NCBI GenBank assembly: GCA_964521215.1
Contig: CAZFRD010000004.1
Coordinates: forward strand, 241 to 64,240
Length of the DNA stretch: 64,000 bases
Source of the DNA: an uncultured Pseudomonadales bacterium
GTDB taxonomy: Bacteria > Patescibacteriota > Microgenomatia > UBA1400 > PJMF01
Direction of reading: 5' to 3'
A program made the translations under genes and the position numbers. Below, piece after piece: positions 18,777 through 28,967 of this stretch; position 1 is the stretch's first letter, and each line of letters opens with the position of its first letter. The notes below the pieces were generated by a model. That model had not been told where the DNA came from, made no database searches, and worked only from the letters and a program-made list of their open reading frames with translations.

Positions 18777-19820
18777 TTACAAAACGGCTAACCAGACGCC
18801 AAAAATTGTTAGAATAATTTGAAGTAACCACGCTCTTTGTACAATTTTTGGCTCTTCCCAGCCATAGGCTTGTAATGTCAAATGAATCGGGGCAGCGGGA
18901 AATATCTTCTTTTTTCGCCATTTTTTTGACATGAGCTGAAATAATGAACTTGATATTTCAATCACAAAGATCGAACCGATAATTACCAATGCCACCACTT
19001 TTCCGAGTAGTAAGCCGACTACCGCTAGGGTTGCACCAAAAGCCAGCGAGCCCACATCTCCCATAAAAATGCGAGCAGGAAAAACATTAAAATATAAAAA
19101 TGAAATCAGTGAACCAAGCCAGAGGGCTAAGAATACAGTGAGGGGCACATCAAGAATCGCAGCGGATAAAAACCACAGGCCAAACAGCGAGATCATTAGA
19201 CTGCCAGAAGCTAAGCCATCAAGCCCGTCCGTTATGTTGACCGCATTCGAGAAAGAGACGATGGTGAGAGTGGCAAAGGGTACAAAAAGTGGTCCAAGCG
19301 GGATAATGCCAATGAATGGAATATGAATGAAATTAATGCCCAAAGTAAAATACAGTAGCAAAGCAATGGTTGAAGCGAGAATGATTTGCAATACAAGTTT
19401 AAACTTCATGGTTAGCCCAAAAAATCCCACTGGTTTAAAACGGAAAAACTTTTTGATGTCATCATATAAACCTAGTAAACCAAAAGAGATCATGGTAAAG
19501 AAAATGATGTACATTTCTGCATGTAAATTACGATGCACGCTGGTAATATCGCGACCAAAATAGGCTAAAAGTGGAATGGTAATGGCAAACAAGATGGAAA
19601 CAACAAGAATAACCAACAGACCACCGCCAACTGGCACACCAGCTTTTGAACGATGAAACTTATCGAAAATAGGTGTGAGTCTACCAAAGACATCGGTCGT
19701 AATCTGATGGGCTCGAAGAAACTTGAGTCGATAAAGTAAATTGACAAAAGGAATAATTAAGATACTCGTAACGATAAAAGCGAGTAAGAGAATGCTAAGT
19801 GCGGTGGCAAATGGTCCCAT
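18777..19820 (-). CDS. mraY: Phospho-N-acetylmuramoyl-pentapeptide transferase
   Basis: 'GLYDD', 'NAVNITDGLDGLA', 'PARIFMGDVGS', 'APIH'. Confidence 0.95.
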   Translation of the reverse strand: MGPFATALSILLLAFIVTSILIIPFVNLLYRLKFLRAHQITTDVFGRLTPIFDKFHRSKAGVPVGGGLLVILVVSILFAITIPLLAYFGRDITSVHRNLHAEMYIIFFTMISFGLLGLYDDIKKFFRFKPVGFFGLTMKFKLVLQIILASTIALLLYFTLGINFIHIPFIGIIPLGPLFVPFATLTIVSFSNAVNITDGLDGLASGSLMISLFGLWFLSAAILDVPLTVFLALWLGSLISFLYFNVFPARIFMGDVGSLAFGATLAVVGLLLGKVVALVIIGSIFVIEISSSLFQLMSKKWRKKKIFPAAPIHLTLQAYGWEEPKIVQRAWLLQIILTIFGVWLAVL

Positions 19821-19848
19821 GATATTTGTTATCTTATTGTACCGATTT

Positions 19849-21183
19849 CTAGGTAGAGCTCAAGTCGGAAACTAATTTGATTTTTGCTCCCATCGATCGT
19901 AGTCTTTGTTCTAGGTTTTCGTATCCTCGTTCGATTTGAGCAATATTATGAATTTTACTAATACCTTTGGCCGCCATAGCGGCTAGGACCAAAGTCGCTC
20001 CATGGCGTAGATCCTTGACTTGGCAATCACCAGCAACTAGATGTGTTGGCCCTGTGATACGCAAGGCGTGGTGAGCGCCTGGCTGATCATCATGCTGGTT
20101 AAAATTATAAAAAGCTTCAGGGTTGGTTACAGCTGGTTGAAAAGTTTCAATTTTTGCTCCCATGGCAACCAATTCTTCTTTATATTGAAAACGATTGGCC
20201 ATAATCGTTTCGTGAATGGTACTGACTCCCTTTGCTTGCGTCATGAGAGTTGCCCAGAGAGGTTGCCAGTCGGTCATAAAACCAGGTTCGATGGCGGTGG
20301 TGAGTTTGACTGCCCGGAGAGGTTGGGAATAAAAGAAGCGAATGCCGTAATCACCCACTTCGTATGAGCCTCCGGCTTTGTCTAAGGCTTTCAAAAATGC
20401 TTTGAGGTGCTTGGGTACCGCATTTTCGATGATGACATCGCCTTTGGTGGCCAAAGCGGCACAAGCGTAAGAGACTGCCTCGTTTCGGTCGGGCAGGAGT
20501 TTGTGGATAGCGCCGTGCAAACTACTCACCCCCTCAATTTCAATAATTCTACCTGGTTTGCGAGTAATCTTGCCACCCATTTTATTGATGAAAGTTATTA
20601 AATCATCAATTTCTGGTTCAAGGGCAGCGTTTTCCAGAATAGTTTTACCCTTGGCTAGTACAGCTGCCATAATCAATGTTTCTGTGCCAGTATGGGTATT
20701 TTTGGCAAATCGGTAGCGAGTTCCCCTCATACCCTGAGTGGTGGCAAGAAAAAGACCATTTTTGTATTCAATTTTTACTCCCAGTGCTGACAAACCTTCT
20801 ACGTGTCTTTCTAGCGGTCGCTTGCCAATCTTATCCCCACCCGGCGCCGGGACACGAGCTTGGCCGAAGCGGTGAAGCAGAGCGGGTAAAAACATGGTAG
20901 AAAAGCGACCTTGCTCGCCATGCTCTGGCTCAATCGAATACTTTACTAGGGTTGCTGGGTTGATAAATAATGCCCTCTCCCCCGCTTGGTGCACCGATCC
21001 GCCTAGATATTGAATGATTTTGGCTACCAGTTGTACATCGCTGATTTGGGAAAAATTGAGCAATCTCGACTCTGTCTGAGCTAGCAGAGCCGCGATCATT
21101 AGTTTATACGATGCGTTTTTCGCTCCACCAATGCGGACTGAACCAATGAGTGGTACTCCACCGGTAATTTCATAGTGTGCCAT
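19849..21183 (-). CDS. murA: UDP-N-acetylglucosamine 1-carboxyvinyltransferase (Asp in place of the active-site Cys)
   Basis: 'GAKNA', 'PGGDKIGKRP', 'NAALEPE', 'PGFMTDWQ', 'DLRHGA', 'RGYE'. Confidence 0.95.
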   Translation of the reverse strand: MAHYEITGGVPLIGSVRIGGAKNASYKLMIAALLAQTESRLLNFSQISDVQLVAKIIQYLGGSVHQAGERALFINPATLVKYSIEPEHGEQGRFSTMFLPALLHRFGQARVPAPGGDKIGKRPLERHVEGLSALGVKIEYKNGLFLATTQGMRGTRYRFAKNTHTGTETLIMAAVLAKGKTILENAALEPEIDDLITFINKMGGKITRKPGRIIEIEGVSSLHGAIHKLLPDRNEAVSYACAALATKGDVIIENAVPKHLKAFLKALDKAGGSYEVGDYGIRFFYSQPLRAVKLTTAIEPGFMTDWQPLWATLMTQAKGVSTIHETIMANRFQYKEELVAMGAKIETFQPAVTNPEAFYNFNQHDDQPGAHHALRITGPTHLVAGDCQVKDLRHGATLVLAAMAAKGISKIHNIAQIERGYENLEQRLRSMGAKIKLVSDLSST

Positions 21184-21198
21184 ATTTTCTCCTTTTCA

Positions 21199-22275
21199 TC
21201 AATTTTTTATTAGTTCTAATTCTTGGTCAGAAAAGCCAAGAAAAAATATTTCTGGTTTCATTGTGACTTGAAAATCTTTTTTCGCTTGAAGTTGAATTTG
21301 ACTAATTACTTGTAAATAATCGAGCGCAGTCGCTCCACCAGTGTTCTCTATGAAGGCTGCATGGTGAGTAGAAACCCGGGCTCCGCCAATAGTCAAGCCA
21401 GCCAGCTTCAGTTTTTTTTCGATGAAGTAGCCAATACTAGTAGTTGGCAGATCTAGTCGAGCTTGTTCCTGTGGAGATAAGTTTTGGAAGACACAACCAA
21501 GGGAATTTTGGGGCTGGTGTTTTTTTTGTTGAGCCCAAGCGGCTGCTGCCACTCTGGCTTTATCAATATTGCCTTTGAAAAGTATCAGCTCAGCCGAAAG
21601 AATGATTTCTTTGGTGCGGTGAAAGCGGGAATAATCATAGGCAAACTCCAATTCTGACGGAGCTAGTTTTTGTATTTCTCCAGCTTCGTCGAGGATGGTG
21701 ACTGAATGGATCTGTTCAGAAATAAAATGGGCGCCACCATGAATATTGTTATAGATTGCGCCACCAATGGTAGCGGGAATGCGACTGAACCATTCAAGCC
21801 CAGTCAAACCCTGAGCGAGGGAAAAATTAATGGCGTAGGGCAACGGTGTGCCAGAGTCAAGCTCCACTAAAACTTTCGTTTCGGTACCGGTATAGTAATC
21901 GAAGAAATCTTGCCCCCCAGAGTTGAGTGAGTGCCAGCGAGGAACAATCGACTCACCTAAGGTTTGTTCAACAGGTTTCTCTGGCATTGGGTGAAACAAA
22001 CTGGATTTATTCACTACGGTTATGCCTCTAATGCCCGCATCAGCGATCAGCGTGTTGGCTCCCCAGCCAAGCACGGTCAGAGCGAGGTTAGCTTGGTGGG
22101 CATATGATGCAAGCATTTTTAATTCTTGGCTTGATTTCGTTTCGATTAGCAATTCTGCTGGACCACCAATTTTAACCGTCGTAAAGGAAGCGAGTGAACA
22201 TTCTAATTTACACTGCAGATCAGGTAATATTGCACGTAATTCATCAGTGATTTTTTGGGTGTCAACGGTTTTCAT
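21199..22275 (-). CDS. murB: UDP-N-acetylmuramate dehydrogenase
   Basis: 'TTVKIGGPA', 'G.GAN.L..D.G', 'GLEWF..IPATIGGA', 'S.GCVF.N', 'HAAFI.N', 'PEI'. Confidence 0.93.
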   Translation of the reverse strand: MKTVDTQKITDELRAILPDLQCKLECSLASFTTVKIGGPAELLIETKSSQELKMLASYAHQANLALTVLGWGANTLIADAGIRGITVVNKSSLFHPMPEKPVEQTLGESIVPRWHSLNSGGQDFFDYYTGTETKVLVELDSGTPLPYAINFSLAQGLTGLEWFSRIPATIGGAIYNNIHGGAHFISEQIHSVTILDEAGEIQKLAPSELEFAYDYSRFHRTKEIILSAELILFKGNIDKARVAAAAWAQQKKHQPQNSLGCVFQNLSPQEQARLDLPTTSIGYFIEKKLKLAGLTIGGARVSTHHAAFIENTGGATALDYLQVISQIQLQAKKDFQVTMKPEIFFLGFSDQELELIKN

Positions 22276-23753
22276 TGGATTTTCGCTTGATTTAAATTGT
22301 GGTGTAAAGTATAAACATCTCCCGCTCCCAAGGTAATAACCACAGATTTGGTTAAGTCGATTTGTTTCAATTGCGTGACAGTGTTTGGGAGTGAGGTTGC
22401 TAATTTAATTTCTATTCCCTTTCGACCACGCTGGCTAATTTCCGCTGCAAAATCTGTCGGCGTGATCGATCCGACCTTTTCTCTTGCGGAACCAAAGATG
22501 GGGAGCAAAAACAACAAGTCAGCTCGGTCAAAAGCGATGGCAAAATCAGACAGTAATGCCTGAGTGCGAGAAAAGGTGTGGGGCTGAAATATTACCACCA
22601 GCTGGTGATGGGGAAAAAGCTCTTTGCAAGCCGTGAGGGTGGCGGAAATTTCCGTAGGATGGTGGGCGTAGTCATCGTAATAATATGTATCACTAACCTG
22701 ATTAATTAACTGAAAGCGGCGCGACGTAGATTTGAAGGAATTGATAGCTGGTACTAGTTGATTGCTAGAATAGTTTAAAAGAGAAAGACAAATCCAAGCG
22801 GCGGCGGCGTTATTTAAGTTGTGTAAACCTGGTAAAGGAAAGTTAATGATTGGTGAGTCCGTCAGTTGTGGTGAAGCAAGATGTGAAACAAAGCGAGCAT
22901 GTTGCAACTGATCATGGTAGCCTAAATTGATAATCTCTAGATCAGCAGTTGGCGTTGCTCCAAAACTGAGAGTGGTTATATCTTGTCTTGCTTTTTTTAT
23001 CCTTTGAACCAAATCGCGGAGGTTGGGATCGGTGGCATTCCAAATCAGTGTGCCACCCGCTTGAATTTGTGTAAAAAAATCATAGTAAGTGGCCAACGTT
23101 TGCTCTAATGAATGGTATACATCTGGATGGTCAAACAGTAGGTTGGTACAAATAACAACTTTGGGTTTGAGATAATGGAAGCGAGGAATGACCTTGTCGC
23201 CTTGGGCAACCGCTTGTGGATTTTCTGCATATTCATCAGCTTCTGTAATAAAAATTGAGCCCAGTGGATCCCAGCGACCGGTTCGGGGCAGGTCAATAAT
23301 TTCACCCACTCCCACTTGGTAACTGGGGTGAGCGGTCAGTTTTTCCAGCGACCAAGCCAAGAGCGCCGAAGTAGTTGATTTGCCACCAACGCCACAAACC
23401 GCCACCGTGTCCTTTTCGAGAGAAAGCATGCCAAGAACTTGGGCGTGAGAATAAAGTGGAATTGATTGCTTGGTTGCCAATTGCGCTAAATGATGTTGGG
23501 CACCTTGATGAGCACTGCCGTAAATAACACAATCGGTTTTTTCTGGCAAAACCTGAGTCTGCAAATCGTCGATCTGAATTGACAGCGATGATAATATTTT
23601 TTCCGTCACAAACTGATCGGAGACATCGCAACCGGCCACTTGGATGCCTTTATCGATTAAGCATTGGGCTAAGGCGGTCATGCCAACCCCCTTTATGCCA
23701 ATTAGGTAACAGTGATGAATATTGTTGAGCGGCGATGTCTCTGTTGATTTCAT
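22272..23753 (-). CDS. murC: UDP-N-acetylmuramate--L-alanine ligase
   Basis: 'IGIKGVGM..LA', 'GVGGKSTT', 'EADEY', 'DHPD', 'DDYAHHPTE', 'FQPHTFSRT', 'GAGD'. Confidence 0.94.
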   Translation of the reverse strand: MKSTETSPLNNIHHCYLIGIKGVGMTALAQCLIDKGIQVAGCDVSDQFVTEKILSSLSIQIDDLQTQVLPEKTDCVIYGSAHQGAQHHLAQLATKQSIPLYSHAQVLGMLSLEKDTVAVCGVGGKSTTSALLAWSLEKLTAHPSYQVGVGEIIDLPRTGRWDPLGSIFITEADEYAENPQAVAQGDKVIPRFHYLKPKVVICTNLLFDHPDVYHSLEQTLATYYDFFTQIQAGGTLIWNATDPNLRDLVQRIKKARQDITTLSFGATPTADLEIINLGYHDQLQHARFVSHLASPQLTDSPIINFPLPGLHNLNNAAAAWICLSLLNYSSNQLVPAINSFKSTSRRFQLINQVSDTYYYDDYAHHPTEISATLTACKELFPHHQLVVIFQPHTFSRTQALLSDFAIAFDRADLLFLLPIFGSAREKVGSITPTDFAAEISQRGRKGIEIKLATSLPNTVTQLKQIDLTKSVVITLGAGDVYTLHHNLNQAKIQ

Positions 23754-24757
23754 TTTGAACTATATAGTATCTGTTTTAAAACTTTTTGTAAGCGATCACT
23801 ATCATGACGGATGACCGATCTTGGTATCACGTCTGCCGAGAGTTGCTTGGTGGAAGTATAAGTGAGTAAGGGTGCGCGCAGGACTCTGGGGTCATTACCT
23901 AAATCGTCGATCACTAGCTGTTCCCCAACGGCTTGATAGGGCTTAAGCTGTTCTGGCTTTGGTTTTCTGGTGTTAAAAATAATATGGGAGACTGGTTTGC
24001 CCAACACCTTTTCGATCTCTCGAACATGATCGCTCGCAGTCATGTCTGCCGTTTGACTGTTACGAGTCATGATGTTAACGATGTAGGTAATTTTGACTGA
24101 GCTGTTTTGAATGATTGTTGTGACTTTGGGTGCAATGAGCACAGCTTCTAGACTGGCAAATAAATCGCCAGGTCCAACTATTAAATGATCAGACCGACCT
24201 ATCACCTCTAGAGCCAAAGGGTTGGTTTTTGGTTTGGGGATTAAAGCGATTTTTTTGATCGGTTTGCGTGGAGCATTAGCCTCATCCAGTAGATGTTCGC
24301 CAACCAACACACTGCCGTCACGATAAAAGACTTTTAGGTTCACTGAGTCTTCGGTGATGGGGATGACTCGTCCGTGAAACTGGAAAAGTTGGGCGGCTGT
24401 ATCCAGCGCCTTTGTGGTTGAGCCAGTCATATCTTGCAGGGCAGTTAAAATCAAGTTACCAAGGTTGTGACCCTTGAGTTCTTTTCCCCGAGCAAAACGA
24501 TACAACAACAGTTGCTGGAGCAAATGTTGGCTGGTGGGATTGGCAAGGGCGGTGAGCGTTTGTCGCAAGTCACCCACTGGTGGAAAACCAAACTCGTCTC
24601 TAAGTCTGGCTGACGAACCGCCCGAGTCTGAAACTGCCACGATACATGTGAGGTGATTGCTCAGAGTGCGAAGGGCAGCGATAACCGGATAAGTTCCAGT
24701 TCCTCCACCAATCGTAGTGACAAACTGTTCCTGTGGTGGTTTGGTTTTTTTTTGCAT
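23750..24757 (-). CDS. yvcK: YvcK/GlmR family protein (UPF0052, CofD-related)
   Basis: 'IGGGTG', 'DSGGSSARLR', 'GDLR', 'GHNLGNL', 'GPGDLFAS', 'RHD'. Confidence 0.88.
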   Translation of the reverse strand: MQKKTKPPQEQFVTTIGGGTGTYPVIAALRTLSNHLTCIVAVSDSGGSSARLRDEFGFPPVGDLRQTLTALANPTSQHLLQQLLLYRFARGKELKGHNLGNLILTALQDMTGSTTKALDTAAQLFQFHGRVIPITEDSVNLKVFYRDGSVLVGEHLLDEANAPRKPIKKIALIPKPKTNPLALEVIGRSDHLIVGPGDLFASLEAVLIAPKVTTIIQNSSVKITYIVNIMTRNSQTADMTASDHVREIEKVLGKPVSHIIFNTRKPKPEQLKPYQAVGEQLVIDDLGNDPRVLRAPLLTYTSTKQLSADVIPRSVIRHDSDRLQKVLKQILYSSK

Positions 24758-24763
24758 ACCGTG

Positions 24764-26002
24764 CTAATCACTGGCTACTGCTTTACCCAAAATTGGAATT
24801 TCGCCAGTGTCCAGAATTTGTTGTACTGCCGTTCGGTCGTTCCAAAAAAATTCTTGCGAACCGAAACACATGCTATTTTCGTGACCTTTGCCTAGAATCA
24901 CGAGTGTGTCGCCTCTTTTTGCTAGGTCTGAAATGGCAAAATGAAGAGCGAAGCCTCGATCTGGAATTGAAATCACTTTGTTGTGTAGTGTGTGTAGTTG
25001 TGATTTCATCTGACCAATGATGGTCCACACGTTTTCGGTTCGTGGATCTTCGGCTGTGAAAATAACCAGGTCGGCATGAGTGGCCGCCATTTTGCCCATC
25101 ATGGGACGTTTAACTTTGTCTCTCAGGCCAGCGCAACCGAGAATTGCGATGAGTCGCCCCTTGGTTTGTGACTTGAGATAGCTGAGCACAGATTCGACTG
25201 CGTGGGGAGTGTGAGCAAAATCCACATAAATACGAAAGCCTCTGCTAGTCGGTATCTGCTCTAGCCTACCCGCTACGCCCTCAAAGCTTCTGATTGCTGA
25301 GGCGATCGTGGCGGGTGGGACACCCGCTTCTATCGCTATCAATGACACTAAAATGGCGTTTTGACGATTAAAACTTTCGGGAAACCGCTGAGCCAGGGCG
25401 CGAAAAATAACTGGTGGTAACTTGGTGCTTGATGAATAAAGCTTGACTTGGACGGAGCGTAGTATTTTTCGCGCCAATGTATAAGAACGGTCTCCTTCAG
25501 GAAAATAAACCTTCTGAGCTTTTTTGAATTGGATCAATTTGGCTAAGGCATACTCATCATAATTGAGATGGTAATCAAAATGATCATGAGTAATGTTGGT
25601 AATTCCACCCAGCCAAGGTTTAATGCCCCAGTTGCGAAATTGATATGAGCCGTGCGAGGTCATCTCCATCACCATGTGAGTGCAACCAGCGTCAACCATC
25701 TGGCGTAAAATGCCATAGAGTTGTTGGGGTTCAGGTGCGGTGACATGTAGTCCAGTATCGATTGATTTTGTCCCAATTTGGGCCGAAACTGTCGTCAGTA
25801 ACCCGGCCTTAATATTATTGACGGTGAGGACATGGTGCAATAACGTAGCAGTGGTGGTTTTGCCGTCTGTGCCAGTGATGACAATTATTTTGAGTTCTTT
25901 TTCGGGAAAACCATACTGCCATTGAGCTCTTAGGCCTCGAAGTAATCCAGTTTTAATAAAGTGATATGGTCGTTTTAAACGATATAACACTAACGATAAC
26001 AT
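24764..26002 (-). CDS. murE: Mur ligase, MurE type (short, lacks the usual N-terminal domain)
   Basis: 'TGTDGKTTT', 'MEMTSHG', 'TNITHDHFDYH', 'VDFAHTP', 'G.RD..KRP.MG', 'EDPR', 'GKGHE'. Confidence 0.88.
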   Translation of the reverse strand: MLSLVLYRLKRPYHFIKTGLLRGLRAQWQYGFPEKELKIIVITGTDGKTTTATLLHHVLTVNNIKAGLLTTVSAQIGTKSIDTGLHVTAPEPQQLYGILRQMVDAGCTHMVMEMTSHGSYQFRNWGIKPWLGGITNITHDHFDYHLNYDEYALAKLIQFKKAQKVYFPEGDRSYTLARKILRSVQVKLYSSSTKLPPVIFRALAQRFPESFNRQNAILVSLIAIEAGVPPATIASAIRSFEGVAGRLEQIPTSRGFRIYVDFAHTPHAVESVLSYLKSQTKGRLIAILGCAGLRDKVKRPMMGKMAATHADLVIFTAEDPRTENVWTIIGQMKSQLHTLHNKVISIPDRGFALHFAISDLAKRGDTLVILGKGHENSMCFGSQEFFWNDRTAVQQILDTGEIPILGKAVASD

Positions 26003-26018
26003 AGTATCATTATAGCAG

Positions 26019-27788
26019 TTATTGCCTGTCTGGTGGAATTTGAAGCAGTAAATATAATTCTTCTGCTATATCGTACCAAAGTGGGGCCGCCGTCTCGGCG
26101 GCCCAGATAGAACTGGAAGGGGCGGTTAATTTTACCAACATCACGAAAGCGGGCTTTTGAGCTGGCGCAAAACCAATAAAACTAGCAATGGTTTGGTCTT
26201 CATCATAACCGCCTTGACTAGCTACTTGAGAAGTACCAGTTTTACCCGCTACCGTGTGATCGGGACGATACGTCCACTGTGCTTCGCCATGTTGGGCGGA
26301 GTAAATCATCATTTGGGTAACTTGTTGAGCCGTTTGGGCGGAGACAACTCTTCTTACTTCAGTGGGTTTAATTTCCAGGTGATTGCCGGTAATGGGATCG
26401 TAAATTGCAGACAAAATCTTCGGTTTCATCATGATACCCTGATTAGCAATGGCGCTCACCGCCCTCACGAGTTGCAAACTATTGGTGCTAATACCTTGCC
26501 CAAATGAAGCGGTAGCTAATTCAACTGGACGAAAATGATTGGGAAACGGTGTACTAGTATCGTTTTGCAGTTCAATCCCAATTGGATCTCCAATGCCAAA
26601 ATTTTTAAAATAGTCCCTGAGCCTATCCGATCCAACTTTTTCTGCCACATAGATCATGGCAACATTGTCTGATTTTGCCAGTGCCTCACTCATGGAAATA
26701 TTGGGGTGGTACTCTTCATTCCAAGTTTTAATTTGATACTCACCAAATTGTCTTGGTCCAGCGCAACGGTCGCAAATTGAGTCGGGAGTAATCACCCCAC
26801 TGTCAATGCCAGCGGCAACTGTGATTACTTTGAAAGTTGAACCAGGTTCATAGGTCATTGCCAGACTAGGATTGGAAAAAGTTGCCGTCTCAGTTTGTGC
26901 ATATTTTTTTTGGTCGAAAGTCGGCTCGGCTGCCAAACCTAGCAGATTACCAGTGGTGGGATCAAGTACAATCACCTCACCAATTTGGGGTCCGTACTTC
27001 AACATACCCTGGTGTAATTTTTGTTCTAGTAAAACTTGGATGTCACGCCGAAGGGTGGTGACGATGGTTCTTCCATCAAGATCACTAGTCCGATCTTGGG
27101 GGGAGAGAGAATAACCGAGGGCATCAGTTAAAACTTTTTTTGAAAAAGAACGCGGTTCTAATTCGTGATTTAACCCTCCTTCTAGTCCAAAGTAGCCAAG
27201 ATCATCACCATTATTATCTTTGCCCACAAAACCAGTTAGGTGTGCGGCCATCGAGGCTTCAGGATAAAAGCGAGCTTGGTAACTTTCAAAACCCGAATTG
27301 GGTAAATTTTTTGTCTCCAACTCTAACTTATCTGTTTCGGTTAAGTCCTGGGTTAGAATTGCCCATTTTTTTGTATCCGATTCGACTAGACTCATTAATT
27401 GCTGTTTTTTTTCTTCTAATCCTTGTGGATCATCCGGCATTTGTTTGGCCAATATTGAAAGCACCGCCTCAACTACTTGAGTACGCTCGCTCTGAGAGAG
27501 TAAGTTGGGTTTGGTGTAAAAACGATAAACCTGCTGGTTGATCACCAATGGCTTATTGTCACTAAACAGAATTTCACCTCTTTGACCAATATGTTGTTGA
27601 ACACGTTGGTATTGATTCTCCGCTGCTAAAGTGAGTTCTGACGCTTTAATAATTTGCCAAAAACCGAGTCTGACTAAAATAAGTATCACAATGAAAAAAA
27701 AACCAATAAACAGATGCCGTTGCCTTGAATGTGGCAACGAATCTTCACTCAACCTGGAGCGAGCTCGACGAACAGTAAGTAACTTCAT
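26019..27788 (-). CDS. ftsI: Class B penicillin-binding protein (FtsI/PBP3-like)
   Basis: N-terminal TM, 'RG.I', 'RFYPE', 'G.FGLE'; SxxK 'EPGSTFK', SxN 'SDN', 'KTGT'. Confidence 0.9.
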   Translation of the reverse strand: MKLLTVRRARSRLSEDSLPHSRQRHLFIGFFFIVILILVRLGFWQIIKASELTLAAENQYQRVQQHIGQRGEILFSDNKPLVINQQVYRFYTKPNLLSQSERTQVVEAVLSILAKQMPDDPQGLEEKKQQLMSLVESDTKKWAILTQDLTETDKLELETKNLPNSGFESYQARFYPEASMAAHLTGFVGKDNNGDDLGYFGLEGGLNHELEPRSFSKKVLTDALGYSLSPQDRTSDLDGRTIVTTLRRDIQVLLEQKLHQGMLKYGPQIGEVIVLDPTTGNLLGLAAEPTFDQKKYAQTETATFSNPSLAMTYEPGSTFKVITVAAGIDSGVITPDSICDRCAGPRQFGEYQIKTWNEEYHPNISMSEALAKSDNVAMIYVAEKVGSDRLRDYFKNFGIGDPIGIELQNDTSTPFPNHFRPVELATASFGQGISTNSLQLVRAVSAIANQGIMMKPKILSAIYDPITGNHLEIKPTEVRRVVSAQTAQQVTQMMIYSAQHGEAQWTYRPDHTVAGKTGTSQVASQGGYDEDQTIASFIGFAPAQKPAFVMLVKLTAPSSSIWAAETAAPLWYDIAEELYLLLQIPPDRQ

Positions 27789-27789
27789 G

Positions 27790-28083
27790 TTATTGGATTG
27801 TAGCCAGTGTATCAGAAACTTTGAGGCTCACCACTTCGGAAATTGGCGTAAATTGAGTTTTGAGTTGGCTTTGGGTAACCGAGGCAATGGAGACTTTGCT
27901 TGCTACTTCGGTTTGAAGACGATCAATCTCTTGACTGAGTAATTGCTTCTCTTTTTCTTGGGCATTATATCTAGCGTGGTGAGTTAAACCGACTGCCGAA
28001 TGAAAGAGGGTTGCCATTGTTTGAGTTAGCACAATACAACTAACAATACTGTAATAAAAAATTGGCTTGAGTTGTACTTTCAT
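27790..28083 (-). CDS. ftsL: FtsL-like small bitopic cell division protein
   Basis: 97 aa, TM followed by a coiled-coil-like segment, between rsmH and ftsI. Mainly positional evidence. Confidence 0.55.
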   Translation of the reverse strand: MKVQLKPIFYYSIVSCIVLTQTMATLFHSAVGLTHHARYNAQEKEKQLLSQEIDRLQTEVASKVSIASVTQSQLKTQFTPISEVVSLKVSDTLATIQ

Positions 28084-28967
28084 AGTTTTTCGATCGCTCT
28101 TAACTTTGTACTCCTGGAGCGAGGGTTTTTTTTCTCTTCTTCCGAAGATGGAGTTAATACTTTGGGTGTTAACAGTCGTAGTTGGGATTTTGTTTCGAGT
28201 GATTTAAAAAAGTGTTTGACAAAACGATCTTCTCCCTCGTGGAAAGCTAAAGTGACTAACCGACCCGTGGGCTTGAGAAGCTCAAAGGCCTTGGGTATTG
28301 CTTGTTCAAGGTTGTCAACTTCTGAGTTTACAATCATGCGTAATGCTTGAAAAACCTTGGTAGCAGGGTGTAAATGGCCTCTGACTGGTGGTTTGGTTCT
28401 GACTATTATTTGAGCTAATTGGCCTGTCGTTGTCACGGGGCTTGACTGTTTTATTCTGCGAGCAATTGGTTGAGCGAAAGTTTCTCCACCTTGGTTACGG
28501 AAAATTGTGGCAAGTTCCTTTTCACTCAGTACTTGCAGAAAATCGGCAGCGGTGACTCCCAAACGATCGTCCATGCGCATGTCTAGTGGAGCATCGTGAT
28601 CGAAACTAAATCCTCTAATGGTTGAAAGCAATTGATCGCTGGTCGTGCCAAAATCGAATAATATTCCCTGCGGTCGTAACTCTTTGAGGCTCGCCTCTGC
28701 TCGCCAGACTGTGTCTATTTCGACAAAATTGGCTCTTCTAATTAACAACTTTGATTGGTTAATCGCTTTAGAAAAATGATCTTGGGCAAACTGAGTGGCT
28801 TCTTGATCAATGTCGAGGGCTAAGACGAGTCCACCACGCTCAAGAATTTTACTGGTGTGGCCTCCTCTGCCAAACGTGGCATCAATATACCAGTGTTCTG
28901 GCTTAACCGAGAGCAGTTCGATCGCCTCGGTAAGCATGACTGGTTGATGGTGTACGGATTGTTTCAT
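28080..28967 (-). CDS. rsmH: 16S rRNA C1402 N4-methyltransferase RsmH
   Basis: 'H.PVM', 'DATFGRGGH', 'RGFSF....PLDMRMD', 'HPATKVFQALR', 'NPRSRS.KLR'. Confidence 0.97.
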   Translation of the reverse strand: MKQSVHHQPVMLTEAIELLSVKPEHWYIDATFGRGGHTSKILERGGLVLALDIDQEATQFAQDHFSKAINQSKLLIRRANFVEIDTVWRAEASLKELRPQGILFDFGTTSDQLLSTIRGFSFDHDAPLDMRMDDRLGVTAADFLQVLSEKELATIFRNQGGETFAQPIARRIKQSSPVTTTGQLAQIIVRTKPPVRGHLHPATKVFQALRMIVNSEVDNLEQAIPKAFELLKPTGRLVTLAFHEGEDRFVKHFFKSLETKSQLRLLTPKVLTPSSEEEKKNPRSRSTKLRAIEKL

